A stretch of DNA of 63,987 nt, counting the filler, from Albugo candida (Eukaryota): NCBI GenBank assembly GCA_040437565.1. It is 18 parts of 18 records of this genome, joined end to end, with 100 filler letters (N's around TTAATTAATTAA, not from the genome) between each part and the next. Parts side by side here need not be neighbours in the genome. Positions count along the whole stretch, not along the records: positions 22,217 to 25,772 come from JBDOQK010000210.1; positions 25,873 to 29,414 come from JBDOQK010000211.1; positions 29,515 to 33,018 come from JBDOQK010000212.1; positions 33,119 to 36,614 come from JBDOQK010000213.1; positions 36,715 to 40,208 come from JBDOQK010000214.1; 13 more parts are not named here. The stretch is one strand, 5' to 3'. Shown here piece after piece: positions 24,817 to 37,004 of this stretch (the first letter of the stretch is position 1; every line of letters starts with the position of its first letter). The translations under genes and the position numbers were made by a program. A model generated the notes under the pieces. That model ran no database searches. It saw nothing but the letters and a program-made list of their open reading frames with translations, and was not told the DNA's origin.

Positions 24817-25772
24817 TCATCCTTCTGCATGTCGACTTTGCAAAGCATCGACCTGAATCCTCAAAGCAGATGCTGTATCGACCCAAGTATTCTGCTTCTG
24901 TCGCAAAGCCTTCAGCGCTCGTTGTAGCTGTGTTATAATCGCTTCCTTCTCAGCAACGATTCCTTCGTAAGGGATTCGCATCTTCTCAGCAAATTCTTTC
25001 GGAACGTGATCCATAAAGCTGATATTTTTTGCCTTTCTCACTCTCGCCACATGCTGCAACAAAGTATTCTCTTTTTTCTCACAGCTTCTAATTGCGACTG
25101 TAATCTCTTCCATTCATTGCTCCGTAAATGCACTTCACGTCATGGCGGTACGATCCTAATTGCGTTGTGACATTGTTGAATTAGAGGCCGATGATACGCC
25201 ATAATCATTCAATTGGCGTTCCAACGAGACGATTTGTGCCTCTCGATCCTCGAGAGGTTCCTGGTAACGCCTGATACCTATGGCCTGCTACTTTTCCTAC
25301 AAAATAGCTTCATTTGGGGCCTGAGACTCATTCCACAACGTGTATTCACGTTCGTCTCTTCATCATTGATCGTTAAAGTGTGACAAGGCGCAAGGTCAAG
25401 ACTACACGTGCGTAATTCCCATTTGCAAACTCCAATAGCGTTTATTGATGCTGTTGTTGCTTCAATAAAGCTTTTGACACACCTTTTTCCTTTCCAAATT
25501 CTTTATCTATTTTCATCAGAAGAGAAGACGCTTGAAGGAGAGGAAACAACGTGCTGGTTTCACTGTGGCGATAAAAACGACCAGAGAGGTTGTCCGATTT
25601 CTCCGCGTACGCTTGATTCTCATCCCGGAGCTTTTCAAACTCAGCTTTGAACGCGCTGATACGAGTCGATTCCTCACAGTGTTGATATCCCTTCGTTTTC
25701 TCTTGTTCCTTGATTCTTAAGTTCACTTTTGCGCTTAATTGCATATCTTCCTTTACGATCGCATGCGTCTTC
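24817..25772 (-). pseudogene. Fragmented coiled-coil protein gene of unknown family
   Basis: Two heptad-rich ORF pieces (25442-25744 and 24817-25113) are interrupted by stops and frameshifts. Confidence 0.3.
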
Positions 25773-27276
25773 NNNNNNNNNNNNNNNNNNNNNNNNNNNN
25801 NNNNNNNNNNNNNNNNTTAATTAATTAANNNNNNNNNNNNNNNNNNNNNNNNNNNNNNNNNNNNNNNNNNNNTGTTCCACTGTTTGCCGTTAGAAGGTGT
25901 CTCATTAACCCGTCGAAGTTTTATGCTTTCATCAAGAAGGCACGAAGAATTTGAATGAAGAAAGCTCGATTGATAATGTTGGATAAATGAGGTGTGGTGT
26001 TACTTTATCCAACCAAGTTGATCAAGTGCTATGTGCGCTGTTTGCAAGTGTCTTTTTATGTAAAGCTCGCTGCTTGCTCGATACGATTTTAACTTCGTTC
26101 CATGATGACGATATTGATGGGTGAATATCTTTCATTTCGGTTGCACTAGGGAGATGTTTCGCCATTGTTTAGATTCTCACATGGTTCATCATCTCAGCAT
26201 GAGATGGTAAATCACACCAGTAAAGATGCTTTCACGACTCAAACCTTTCAAACGATGATTTGATCTAAATGTAAGTATCTCGATTATGTGTCGTCCAATG
26301 TGCAAGGAGAATTCTGACAGTTGAAGAAGTTTCCGACGGTGATCCATATTGGTCCAAGGATAGTAAGACCTTGATGCATGAGCGAAGACTAAGTGATTAC
26401 TTACATACACATGGCTTTCACGATAGTCTTTTGATACAATTCAACAGCACATTTTTATCCGCTGTGAGTCCGATTTCACATTTTCTAGCCTTTTTTCGAG
26501 ATGATTTCTAACTTTTAAGGTTGTGATTGTGCTTTGTTATCGCGATTGTTTTGTGCATATTTAGTTTCAATTTCGAAAAAATCATTCATATCTTCCTAAT
26601 TCCTACCCGGAGCCCCATATCGCCCACTCCATAGCTTCTTAACGTAATATTTTGTTACTTGTGTGGACAGTTATATCTGGAGACAATCATGTAGGCTAAA
26701 AGTTCTCGGTAGAAGGCCCACTACATAATCACTGTGCACGAGATTACGCTTTTGGCTGAGACGTTAAAAAGTGCTCTCATTACTTTATTCAGCTTTCCAA
26801 GCTTTTTCGAAGATGAATGAGATGAAGGAAATATCCAAAGGAAAATGATCTCAAAGCACAAAAAGGTGGCTTGATTGAATCATTGAAAAATAAGCTCTGT
26901 CGATATTCGTTCATTGCGCGGTTCTATAGTATAAAAACTCTCAGCATTGAACTCAATCAATTTAGGCTATGCTTGACCAGATAGCATACCTGCATCCGTA
27001 TATTCTGCCTCAAGAATCACGAGGTTCCGAATTGGCTCTGTCTTTCTTTGTTACAATGCAATCAACTAGGATGACTTTATAGAAGAGATATAAAGATTTT
27101 TGCTTGGCAGTATGGTGGATCACAGCATCATGTTTTGATACTGATAGAGTAGCGAACGTCACTGGGCTACCAGAAGAGTCAACTATTTGCCTGGTAATTC
27201 GTGTCAGGTCTACCTCAATCTTTTTCTGGGTGAGGGGCTGTCCATTTTTGCTCGAGTCGATTAGCCAAAAATCACG

Positions 27277-29414
27277 TAGTTTCATTATAGAAACTAATAG
27301 ATATACCTCTTTTTAGGAGCTTTTGCACGAAAAACGTTTCTTTTGTTAGAGAAACCTATTATTTTGTTTGCTATATCATTCTCTTATGAACTTCCTCTCA
27401 ATGCGAACTAAATTATAGAACTTTTACTGACCTTGTCTTACCTCATCTAGAACCATACTACTTACACATATCAGTTGAAAGTGTCTATATTACTAGAATT
27501 AGACTAACTGACTTCACTTTTTGTCTAGGCTATCTCAAATAACAAATATCAATACAGAAACCGATTTAAGAAAAGGGACCTGTGGGAGATGCTAATATGA
27601 ATTCTTGTTGATGATCTGTATTGTGATAGCCTCAGCGCCGCCATAATACCAGAATATGTCCAGCGTGTAAAAATTGTAAACTGTCCAAAGATCGGAGTTG
27701 AAGTTGCATTTTCACTTTTCGGTGACGTCGCGCAGCGATGATCTTCGAATCCTGCAAGTTCTATCGAATGATCCTTGCGTTGTAAGTTGACCCGGCACCT
27801 ATGAAAGCCGAATGTGTTCGTCTGATCGTTACACTGTCTTCATAAGTATTAAACATGCACACTAAACTTGGTGTAGAGCATGGAAAATTTTGGAGCTGTC
27901 GGAGTTGCTGATCGCCGATCGAACAAAAAAATATTTCGATCAGTCCAGATGAAGCGCACTGTCACCACCTACTATGATAGCCGTAAATCTGATATAATTT
28001 GCTGATAATCCTTTCATGTCAGCCGTAGTGCTGGCACAATTGCACATGCGATATGAGGCCAGCGTGGTCGAGAGGAGAAATACTGCTCTCAAGTAGAGAG
28101 TAAATCTCTCCATAATCGTGCTTTGTGATAGCAATCTAAAACGAGATGCTATTCGGATTCCACTTCCCCACACAAATGATGCGTGCACAATACTATTCCG
28201 GGCTCTGCATGTTACAAAAACTAGTAAAAAGATCGATCTGGAAGCATTCGAAAGGCCAGGCAAACTGTAGAGCTTCGAAAATCGGTAGGACACGTTTCCG
28301 GAGAAGCTGCGATGTAGCCATAAATGTTCCAACTCGTTCTCAATCCATTGCATCCTATCGTTCCCGTGGGGACCAATAGGTCGACATCGGATGACTCGTG
28401 GTTGGTCCAGGAGGTTTCCAGACCATAAGTGATTTCTAATCGATGGTAAATATCTTCTCCTCTCCTTCTTTGTATTTCCACGTAAAAGATCTACCACTTT
28501 TGTTTGGTTGGATCCAAGTGATCGTCGAGTGGATACGCTATAGTATTTGAACGACTTCATTGTAAGGTCAGCCATAGTCGATGTAGTCAGCTCTTACTCG
28601 CTGTACTAAAAAAATATTTCAACGTAAGCTTCCTTATTTGCGTGGGTCACATTGTAGAAAAACGTCCTGAAGACTTCGAATCTCGAAGGCCGCAGCAAAC
28701 GATTTTTCGAAATATGCAATGTGGTCCACCTACCAAGACAGGATTGTACCGAACGTTTTGCGTAGTCGGGTAAGAGTAGCAGCCTCATAATGTAATTCCT
28801 GGTTGCAGTGGAACCACATCGGTTCTTCCATGTAATTTGACGGCGTTGTAGAGCATCATAATGTTAATTTGTAGTGCTTCAATCCATCTGAAGCCATATT
28901 TCAAATGCGTATTATACCAAAGAAATACTTTCCCCCATTGAACTATTTTGCTAGGTCGAAGTGGCGTGATGGTGGATTCGTCCATCGCCTTGTTTGGTCG
29001 AAAGGAAGCTTGGAAATAAGCTGTGATAATGCCGTTGAGGCATCTTTCCCTGCTGAAGGAATTGGATGCCTCGTAGGCTCAGTCACTTCACCAAAAAGGA
29101 AGCAAGTTGCATTCCACCATCTTGCCGCCGAAGGTGTCAACACTGTGTGCAGATCAGGTGAACGTGTTTCAAATCTTTTTTGTATTTCTGATCGAGCACA
29201 CACCGATTTAGCATCGAATGCCACATACATTACAAAATCATCGTATACGCAACAAGGAATCTACCACGGGGAGTTCATGACCGTCGAAACCATACACCTA
29301 GCCCATCATGAAATGATTCTTGATCCCTGAAATAAACATACCTGACTACTCCTCAGGACTATTTATGGTCAAATTGGGAATACGAGGGCACAGCATGGTC
29401 CGAGTCAACAAGAG
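27277..29414 (-). mobile_element. Degenerate L1/Tx1-type LINE, 3' part
   Basis: Colinear nucleotide similarity to 790-2790, for example KRFETRSPDLHTVLTPSAARWW versus KRFETRSPYLHTVLTPSATRWW. The 3' UTR is shared. Confidence 0.9.
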
Positions 29415-29624
29415 NNNNNNNNNNNNNNNNNNNNNNNNNNNNNNNNNNNNNNNNNNNNTTAATTAATTAANNNNNNNNNNNNNNNNNNNNNNNNNNNNNN
29501 NNNNNNNNNNNNNNCCCCCGTATTTAGAGCCGATAAGATCATTATTTCTCAATTCTAGCAATCACGTAAGAATTATTATAATATTTCAATAACCTTCGCT
29601 GACATCCACCGCGCATCCACAACA

Positions 29625-31615
29625 ATGCAAAATCCATTAAACGCGTCCTATTCCTGCATCGAAGTTGCGGAGAGTGATGTCAATACCTTCGCTAAACTTC
29701 ACGGGTACGCTGTGAGTCGCGCTCGCTCAAAAAAGAAAAGAAAACCGGAAGAAATCCGAAAGGTTTGGCTGGGATGCGTGCACGGGGGACGCTATGGGAA
29801 ATCGTGAAGCGGCCTACGTAACACTTCAACGATCAAAAGCGGCTATGCATGACATGCTGTTATTCAACGGTTCAACGATCCAAAACACCCAGATTTGAGT
29901 TGCACATGGGACCTTGTGGTTGCAAACGGCGAACATCATGGACATGATACCGCTACTGATGCATCGACCAACACGAAAACAGAGCGCTTAATTCCAAGCA
30001 GGAGAAGATGGTTTCAAATATGACCAAAGCTGGCGCATCTCCGCGCTTAGTTCTTGCAACCCTCCACCAGAATGATCCAGGATGTCTGGCTGTCAGGCTG
30101 GACATACAAAATATCAAGCAAAAGGTAGTCAAAGTCCTTTCTTGTGGAGCGCATCTAGCAACCAAAATTAAAGTGTGCACATGAACTAGGAGCGAAGCAT
30201 CACACTAAGTGGACGTGGACCGATTGAAGCTCTATTGGACTTGCTAGAAGAGGAGAAAGTGTACTATATGTATCGAAAGCATGCATATGGGATCCTCCGG
30301 TGTCTGTTTATTGCCCCAAGCACGGCTGTATCGCTAGCTCGCATATTTTGTGCGAATTCCGTCTTTATCATGGTTTCGACATACAAGACTAATAGGTAAG
30401 CATCCCAAATTCTGTAAGAAGACATCCAATTTTGCCGAAGCGCATGTACGCGTTTGGTTTCAGATACAAGACGCCTCTTCTTCACATTGCTGGTGTCACA
30501 CCAGCAAATCAAACCGTGTCACTTCTGTTTTGCTTCCTCTCTGAGGAGAGCGGACCCAATGATACTTGAGCCCTTACACGATTTCGTAATTGCTATAGCG
30601 CTATGATTGACGGGCGCAAAGTGGTGATGGTCGTCGAACGAGAACACTCCCTCATTTCTGGCACAAAAAACGCCTTTCCGGATGCTTCAGTCTTATTTGT
30701 CTCTGGCAAAATTAACAAGAACGTGCAGGCCAATTGCAAAGCACACTTTTAAACAGACGAGGCATATAGTGACTTTTGGAAGCTGTGGCTGTCACTGTGC
30801 GATTCCGCTGACGAAGAGATCTTCGTGGACCGCTGGAGGACCATCAGGGAAAGCGTGTCGCCTCCAGTGGCAAATTATCTCGAATCCACCTGGCTCCAAC
30901 GGCACAGACAACAATTTGTGAAAGCGTGGATTAGCAAAGTTGCACATTATGGTCATTCTGTTACTTCCAGAGTCGAAGAAAGTCATGTATTTCTTAAACA
31001 GTGAATTGCAATATCTACAGCCAATCGCCACGGTGTTTATGTTAAAATTTTGCTCGCAGGGGAGGCACAAAGAATTGAGATTAGCCGCTAAATAAGTGTG
31101 GAGATGTTGTGGGTACAGATACGCTTGCAGGCAGACTTCTGGTCTACGGTTGTTCGGAAAATCTCCTCATTTGCTCTGTTTAAGGTAATAAATGCAAATC
31201 ATTTGGGAGCAATCCTTTCTTTATTTTTCTACGTGCTGAATGTTTGATGTTTTAGGTGCACGGAAAAGACCACCTTCCCTTACAGCCTGGTCCCTAGACA
31301 TTGTGTTCTGGGGCGTTTTCCATGTCAATGGGACTACACTGCGAGCATAAGCTTCGGGCGGTGATAGAAAATGCCATAGCGGTTTCTGACTTTAACCGCC
31401 ACTGGTGGTTGCAGCCCCTTCATCAAGCTCCTGCACCAGTGGGACACGTGTTCGAAAACACAATCGAATCAATTGTGTGTCGCCATGCAGATATGGATCC
31501 GCACCAGCAAAAGCAGCTACAGACAGCAATGGTGGATTTGAATGCTGCGGAGAATTTCAAAGTTGACGAACCAAATAAAGTTCGTACACTTGTTCGCCCC
31601 CCTTCAGGATCGCAG
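29625..31615 (+). mobile_element. Degenerate MULE transposase gene
   Basis: FAKLHGYAVSRARS...VWLGCVHGG. STYKTNR|YK is split by an intron at 30396-30463. Further motifs: PLLHIAGVTP, CLWQINKNVQANC, HYGHSVTSRVEESH and CSGAFSMSMGLHCEH...FNRHWWL. Stops and frameshifts are present. Confidence 0.85.
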
Positions 31616-31619
31616 CAGC

Positions 31620-33018
31620 ACCAAATGTTTGTCCATGATCACAACAGTGATTTATCCGTCCGACTCAAAAGCCGCAGTGGCGGCGTCATGACAATCCTTC
31701 GTTCAGACTTTCCCGGTTATACAACAGCTGAAGAACTCACCGAACGAAGCATTCGAAATCGCTATTTGATTTTGCGACTTCTCATTCACGATGCACCGGT
31801 TTATATTCACAGTGTATATATATGCACCGGTCAAGGCCGAGGAACGAGTGTTTTTTATGAGTTATTGCTATCCAACACTTTCGCAACACATATCGTATTT
31901 GGTGATTTCAACACACCACTCGATCCAGCTATCGATGCTTCGAGTTTCGGCACGAACCAATTCGATTAGCTATTTGGAATGGCTTTCACAGTTGGGTGTG
32001 TTAGACTCTTGGCGAATTCAACATCCGACTGAAAAGGTATTTACAGGACCATTACCGCGCAAAAATCGACTTGATTACATCTGCATATCGGAAGAGCTAT
32101 TCAATATGGTATACAAATCTCTGAGTGTTTTCGTCCACGACATGAGGGAGATCATCTGGCACAAAAAGTAACTTTTGCAAATCCAACTTAATCTCCGGGT
32201 CGAGGATATTGGAAATGTTCAATACGAATATTTGAATATACTAAAGTTGTCGAAGCAATCAAATTGGAAGCGAATTTGGTGCTCGAACAGTTGCGGACAA
32301 CTTCGAAACCCGGTAAAATGTGGGAAAGTTGGAAGACGAAAATCAAGAAACAGCTTCAAAGCATTAAAAAAGGCTTCACAAGATAGCCGACGTGATGTTG
32401 AGTCTAGCCAGCATGTTTTGGAAGTCGCAGCAGCTCGATATCGCATTCAAGACACCAATGACTCACGGTATTTTTACGAATCGAGTCTTGGACAATTCAG
32501 AATTTCGATCGAAAACAATGCGAAATACAACCAAGATGAAAGCTTCGACCTTCACGTGAACCATATGGAGAACTCTTCCAAGCATTTTTTTCACCCTCCG
32601 GATTGTTTTTGTCGTCGCGTGCCGATCGAAAATGCCATCAGAAATGTGGCACCGTGACATCGAACCCGAGGGAGATTATTGACGAATTCAGAGATCATTT
32701 GGGGTGGTGCCATGGGCTCTCTTTATAGATAAGAGACCGAATCAAATGTTTCATGTGAAAGAAAGCAAAAAAGTTATCGATTCGATTCAAGTATCCCTTG
32801 CCTCAGCAGAGCAAGACCGTCTTTCAACTCCCTTAAGTACGACCGAGATGGCGGAAGCGATCAATCACATGCGGAGTAGTTCTTCTCCAGTTATGGATGG
32901 ACTACCAGCTGCATTTTATCAGCTTGATCCGGAAACGTTTGGCGAGTGTCTCAAGATCGTGTTCGAATTTCAGCTAGAAAGAGGAATTTTACTGCGATCA
33001 CAACGTCACTCAGCAATC
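31620..33018 (+). mobile_element. 5'-truncated LINE ORF2 (AP-endonuclease and start of RT), degenerate
   Basis: SGGVMTIL, VYAP, HIVFGDFNTPLDP, DSWRIQHP, NRLDYI, SSPVMDGLPAAFYQ and RSQRHSAI. Frameshifted. Confidence 0.9.
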
Positions 33019-33124
33019 NNNNNNNNNNNNNNNNNNNNNNNNNNNNNNNNNNNNNNNNNNNNTTAATTAATTAANNNNNNNNNNNNNNNNNNNNNNNNNN
33101 NNNNNNNNNNNNNNNNNNCTGTTA

Positions 33125-33373
33125 TGTCGAAGGAAAATTGGAAAGTGTATTGAATTAGTTTTCCTATGAACTTACTCGTCGTGTTATCTTCTTCTACCTT
33201 GTAGCTTTCCCTGATCTTGATGGATTCTAGAACATACACTCAAGGTAGTTCTAGAATCATCAGACTGCACGTGAACCGTTTACACCCTGTCGTATCATCG
33301 CTGTCTTGTCACTTGTGCGTAGCAAATCACAGTTGGCTTTGTTGACCGTGCATTGACAGTGCACACATCAACA
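33125..33373 (-). repeat. 3' LTR of Copia element (~249 bp)
   Basis: On the minus strand the pol stop TGA overlaps the PPT GAGTGGGAG (33382-33374), which is followed by TGTTGA...TCGACA. Confidence 0.75.
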
Positions 33374-33380
33374 CTCCCAC

Positions 33381-36300
33381 TCACTGTTGATGCTCGGGTC
33401 CATCACGTACCTTGATGTCCATTCCGGCACGGAGGTACTGGAATCGCTTGGTGCCGAGTGCCTTCGTTAGTATGTCGGCAAGTTGATGTTCCGTCTCCTT
33501 GTAGATCACCTTTATATCACCGGCCAGAACTTTCTCTCGGACAAAGTGGTGACGTATGTCTACGTGTTTAGTCCGCGCATGGTATCCTGGGTTTGTTGCG
33601 AGAGCAATGGCTCCTTGATTATCCTCGTAGATGACAGTAGGATTCTTCTGCTCGAATCCGAGGTCAGCCATTAACATCCTTGCCCATAGTATGTCTTGAG
33701 TGCACATGCTTAGCGCCATGTATTCAGCCTCAGAAGTACTCAATGCAACGGTGCGTTGGTACTTAGACTTAAATATAACAGGGCCTCCATTAAGCACCAG
33801 CAAAACACCAGATACCGATCGACGGTCGTCCAAGCTGTTTCCCCAATCGGCGTCACTATACGCTGTTAGTTGTTGCTGTAGTTTGTCAACACTGTAGTGT
33901 AATCCAAAACCACTCGTCGAGCGGAGGTATCTTAGCACTTTGATCAGTGCCTTCCAGTGTTGTGAGCCAGGGTTTTCTGCAAATCGTCCAAGTTGGCTCA
34001 CAGGAAATGCTGCGTCTGGTCTGGTCGTGGTCACTATAAACAGCAGTCGTCCCAGCAATTGGCGGTACGGTGTACGACTCATGGCTTGTCTTTCGACATC
34101 GGACTTTGGACTGTTTGCGCTGGACAGTTTCATGCTCTGATCACATGGGTTACCAGTTGGTCGGGCTTGAGTCTGTCCAAACATGTCTGCAGTCTCCTCG
34201 ATGTATCTTTGTTGCGAAATAAACATCTCACGCTTCTTTCGGTCGTACATAACTTCCATTCCAAGCAAGTGCTTCACTGGACCAAGGTCTTTGGTTTGAA
34301 ACCGCTGAGAGATTTGTTCTTTCACCTTGCGTACCGTGGTTGCTTCTTTTGCAGCCACAATCATATCATCAACGTATAAGCACACGTACGCCCAGCCTTC
34401 ACCATCCTTTATCTTGTATATGCATCGATCAGCACCGCACGCGACAAATCCCATCTCCAGTAATGCATTGTGAATCGTCTTATTCCAGGCATTTGCAGCC
34501 TGCTTAAGTCCGTAAAGCGCGCGATTCAATTTAAGTACAAACTCGCTGCCAATTTTCATCCCTTTGGGTGGTAACAAGTATACTTCTTCTTGTAGGTCGG
34601 CATTCAGGTAGGCCGTATCAACATCAAGCTGGTCGATCACATATCCTGCTGCGCAGCAAATCGACAATAGCATCCTGATGGAGTTCATACTGGCGACAGC
34701 CGCGTACGTCTCGAAAAAGTTGATACCATATTGTTGCAGGAATCCGAGCGCCACAAGTCGTGCTTTGTATCGACCATCACTCTTTTTAGCCCATACCCAC
34801 TTCGATCCAATTGGTTTCATTCCAGGCTTGCGTACAATTGGTGTCCACGTCTTGTTACGCTCATGAGCCGCAAATTCATTCTCAATAGCTTTAATCCATT
34901 GGTATCTGTCAGGTCCATTCACTGCCTCCGCATAAGAGCCAGGTAAATCACGAGCTATCATGGCAACTTCTGCTATCAATGCCACATCGCTGTTTATTCG
35001 CGATCGCTTGGAAGGAGGTTCGTCATCTTCACTCCCACTGGCTTCATGGTTTTCATTGTATGGCACAATGCTGTTTTCTGTTGTGGTACTAGTGTTATTG
35101 TCTTCCAACAAGAGCTGAACAGGTTGCTCAATTGGTAGCATTTCATCAACACCTCCTCGTGGTCCGGATTCACTTCTCCCACTGGCATCGTCAGTAAGAA
35201 CACGATACTGATGCTCGCGACCGGAACGACGCTTAAGTTGTGGACGGAACACCATCGCTCCAGAGTCGTGCGGATTGTGTAATTCGAGTTCTTGGTGACG
35301 AGGTCCTTGTTGAATTACTTGGGAAGTGTGTTGATGTTGTTCGTTGTTCATATTTCTTGCAAGATAATGATTGCTTGTCTCACTCGAAGGTGTGTTACTG
35401 ATGTCATTGTCAGAACTCGGTACTTCCATCTCCACATCTTCGACAATTTCGTGCTCTTCCATTTCAACATCTTCATCACCATCTTGTTGCAAGTTACTTG
35501 GTTGATCTCCATCATCGTCATCTTGTCGTATTATTATCATCTTCGGGTGTGGTACAACCGGATTGTCTTCGTAAATGTTACTAACTTCACGTTCATCTAA
35601 CGCGATCGAACGACTGATCTTGATCGTACCAGTCTCCAGATCAAGCACCCTGTAACCCTTGGTGTGTCTTGCATATCCTAACAGCATGCAGCGAAACCCT
35701 TTCGCGTCGAATTTCGTGCGCTTTGAGTCATCGATATGTGCGTATCCAAGTGAACCAAATACACGTAGGTGAGAAATTTCGGGCTTCGTCTTAAAGCACA
35801 GTTCAAAAGGAGTCTTCTCCTCGTGATTGCAGTTCGTGGTTCTGTTAAGTAAATACACCGCCGTATTCACAGCTTCGGCCCACCACTTCTTTGCCACACG
35901 CTTGTAATGCATCATGCTTCTGGCCGTCTCAACAATCGTACGGTTCATCCGTTCAGCAACACCGTTTTGTTGAGGACTGTAGGGTACTGTCTTCTGATGG
36001 ATGATGCCGTGTTTCTTGCAGTACGAAGCAAACCTCTTGTTTTTGTATTCACCGCCATTGTCAGTACGTATGGCCTTAATACGAAATCCACACTGCTGCT
36101 CCATCTCGGTCCGAAATTCAATGAACTTCGACAGTACTTCACTCTTGGACTTCAGAAAATATACAGTCACTAATCTTGAAAAATCGTCCACGAGAGACAA
36201 TACGTATCGTGACCCACCAGGAGTTGGGTTCTTCATAGGGCCCATGACGTCAGAGTGAATAAGCTGCAGTGGCTGCGTTGTCTTTGTCTTCGACTCTTGT

Positions 36301-36614
36301 GGAAAACTCGCGACACACAGTTTCCCTTGTAGACACCCTCCACACAAATTCTTGTTCGTGTCAGGTACTACATTCGGTAGTCCTTCCGTAGCCTCCTTTG
36401 TCTTTTTAAACTTGTTGTGGCTAATGTGACCCATTCGTGCATGCCACAGCTCCCACTTGTTACCAGCGTCTTCATGTTCTACCAACATCGCGTGCTCATA
36501 CTCCACATCAAGAGTGTACACGCTTCTCATGCGCTTCGCAGAAATCATCAACACATTATCCTTGTAGATACCGCAGTATTTTTCACCGAATCGAACGTTG
36601 TACCCACGCTGGAC
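33381..36614 (-). CDS. pol: Ty1/Copia Pol (GAG-pre-integrase, integrase, RT, RNase H), intact, 5'-partial
   Basis: The frame is open from the contig edge. Motifs in INT-RT-RH order: LWHARMGH...CGGC, IHSDVMGP, IRTDNGGEY, QNGVAERMNRT, YKARLVALGF, LYGLKQA, LYVDDM, YSDADW, EDNQGAI and ADILTKAL. Confidence 0.97.
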   Translation of the reverse strand, partial: VQRGYNVRFGEKYCGIYKDNVLMISAKRMRSVYTLDVEYEHAMLVEHEDAGNKWELWHARMGHISHNKFKKTKEATEGLPNVVPDTNKNLCGGCLQGKLCVASFPQESKTKTTQPLQLIHSDVMGPMKNPTPGGSRYVLSLVDDFSRLVTVYFLKSKSEVLSKFIEFRTEMEQQCGFRIKAIRTDNGGEYKNKRFASYCKKHGIIHQKTVPYSPQQNGVAERMNRTIVETARSMMHYKRVAKKWWAEAVNTAVYLLNRTTNCNHEEKTPFELCFKTKPEISHLRVFGSLGYAHIDDSKRTKFDAKGFRCMLLGYARHTKGYRVLDLETGTIKISRSIALDEREVSNIYEDNPVVPHPKMIIIRQDDDDGDQPSNLQQDGDEDVEMEEHEIVEDVEMEVPSSDNDISNTPSSETSNHYLARNMNNEQHQHTSQVIQQGPRHQELELHNPHDSGAMVFRPQLKRRSGREHQYRVLTDDASGRSESGPRGGVDEMLPIEQPVQLLLEDNNTSTTTENSIVPYNENHEASGSEDDEPPSKRSRINSDVALIAEVAMIARDLPGSYAEAVNGPDRYQWIKAIENEFAAHERNKTWTPIVRKPGMKPIGSKWVWAKKSDGRYKARLVALGFLQQYGINFFETYAAVASMNSIRMLLSICCAAGYVIDQLDVDTAYLNADLQEEVYLLPPKGMKIGSEFVLKLNRALYGLKQAANAWNKTIHNALLEMGFVACGADRCIYKIKDGEGWAYVCLYVDDMIVAAKEATTVRKVKEQISQRFQTKDLGPVKHLLGMEVMYDRKKREMFISQQRYIEETADMFGQTQARPTGNPCDQSMKLSSANSPKSDVERQAMSRTPYRQLLGRLLFIVTTTRPDAAFPVSQLGRFAENPGSQHWKALIKVLRYLRSTSGFGLHYSVDKLQQQLTAYSDADWGNSLDDRRSVSGVLLVLNGGPVIFKSKYQRTVALSTSEAEYMALSMCTQDILWARMLMADLGFEQKNPTVIYEDNQGAIALATNPGYHARTKHVDIRHHFVREKVLAGDIKVIYKETEHQLADILTKALGTKRFQYLRAGMDIKVRDGPEHQQ

Positions 36615-36714
36615 NNNNNNNNNNNNNNNNNNNNNNNNNNNNNNNNNNNNNNNNNNNNTTAATTAATTAANNNNNNNNNNNNNNNNNNNNNNNNNNNNNN
36701 NNNNNNNNNNNNNN

Positions 36715-37000
36715 GTACAAGGAAACGAAGTACCAACTAGCGGACATTCTGACGAAAGCACTGGGAACAAAATGAATACATTTCATTCGTGATGCAATGG
36801 GTATCAAGACAGCGGGCAACTACATTGAGTGGGAGTGTTGAAATGTACACTGTAGTTGAAGCACCGAGTGTGCAGTACACACGACATGCGAAACGACGAC
36901 TATGAGGTATGACACATAATTCGAGAGGTCGTAATTAGTGGCCCGTAGGAGACTGTTAAACTTGATAATATCCTTCCCCTTTTGACCGAAAACTAACAGT
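36715..37000 (+). mobile_element. Copia 3' remnant (RNase H end, PPT, partial LTR)
   Basis: YKETKYQLADILTKALGTK*, then GAGTGGGAG (36827-36835) and an LTR start TGTTGA at 36836. Related to the element in the previous contig. Confidence 0.85.
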
Positions 37001-37004
37001 GTCA

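Noticed and set aside
25873-27276. Minus-strand ORF fragments (26189-26410, 27010-27285)
   Set aside because: Short and interrupted, with no motif support.
33483-36670. Numerous short plus-strand ORFs over the Copia pol (and similar antisense ORFs over other long genes)
   Set aside because: These are shadow ORFs of long coding sequences with no independent motifs.
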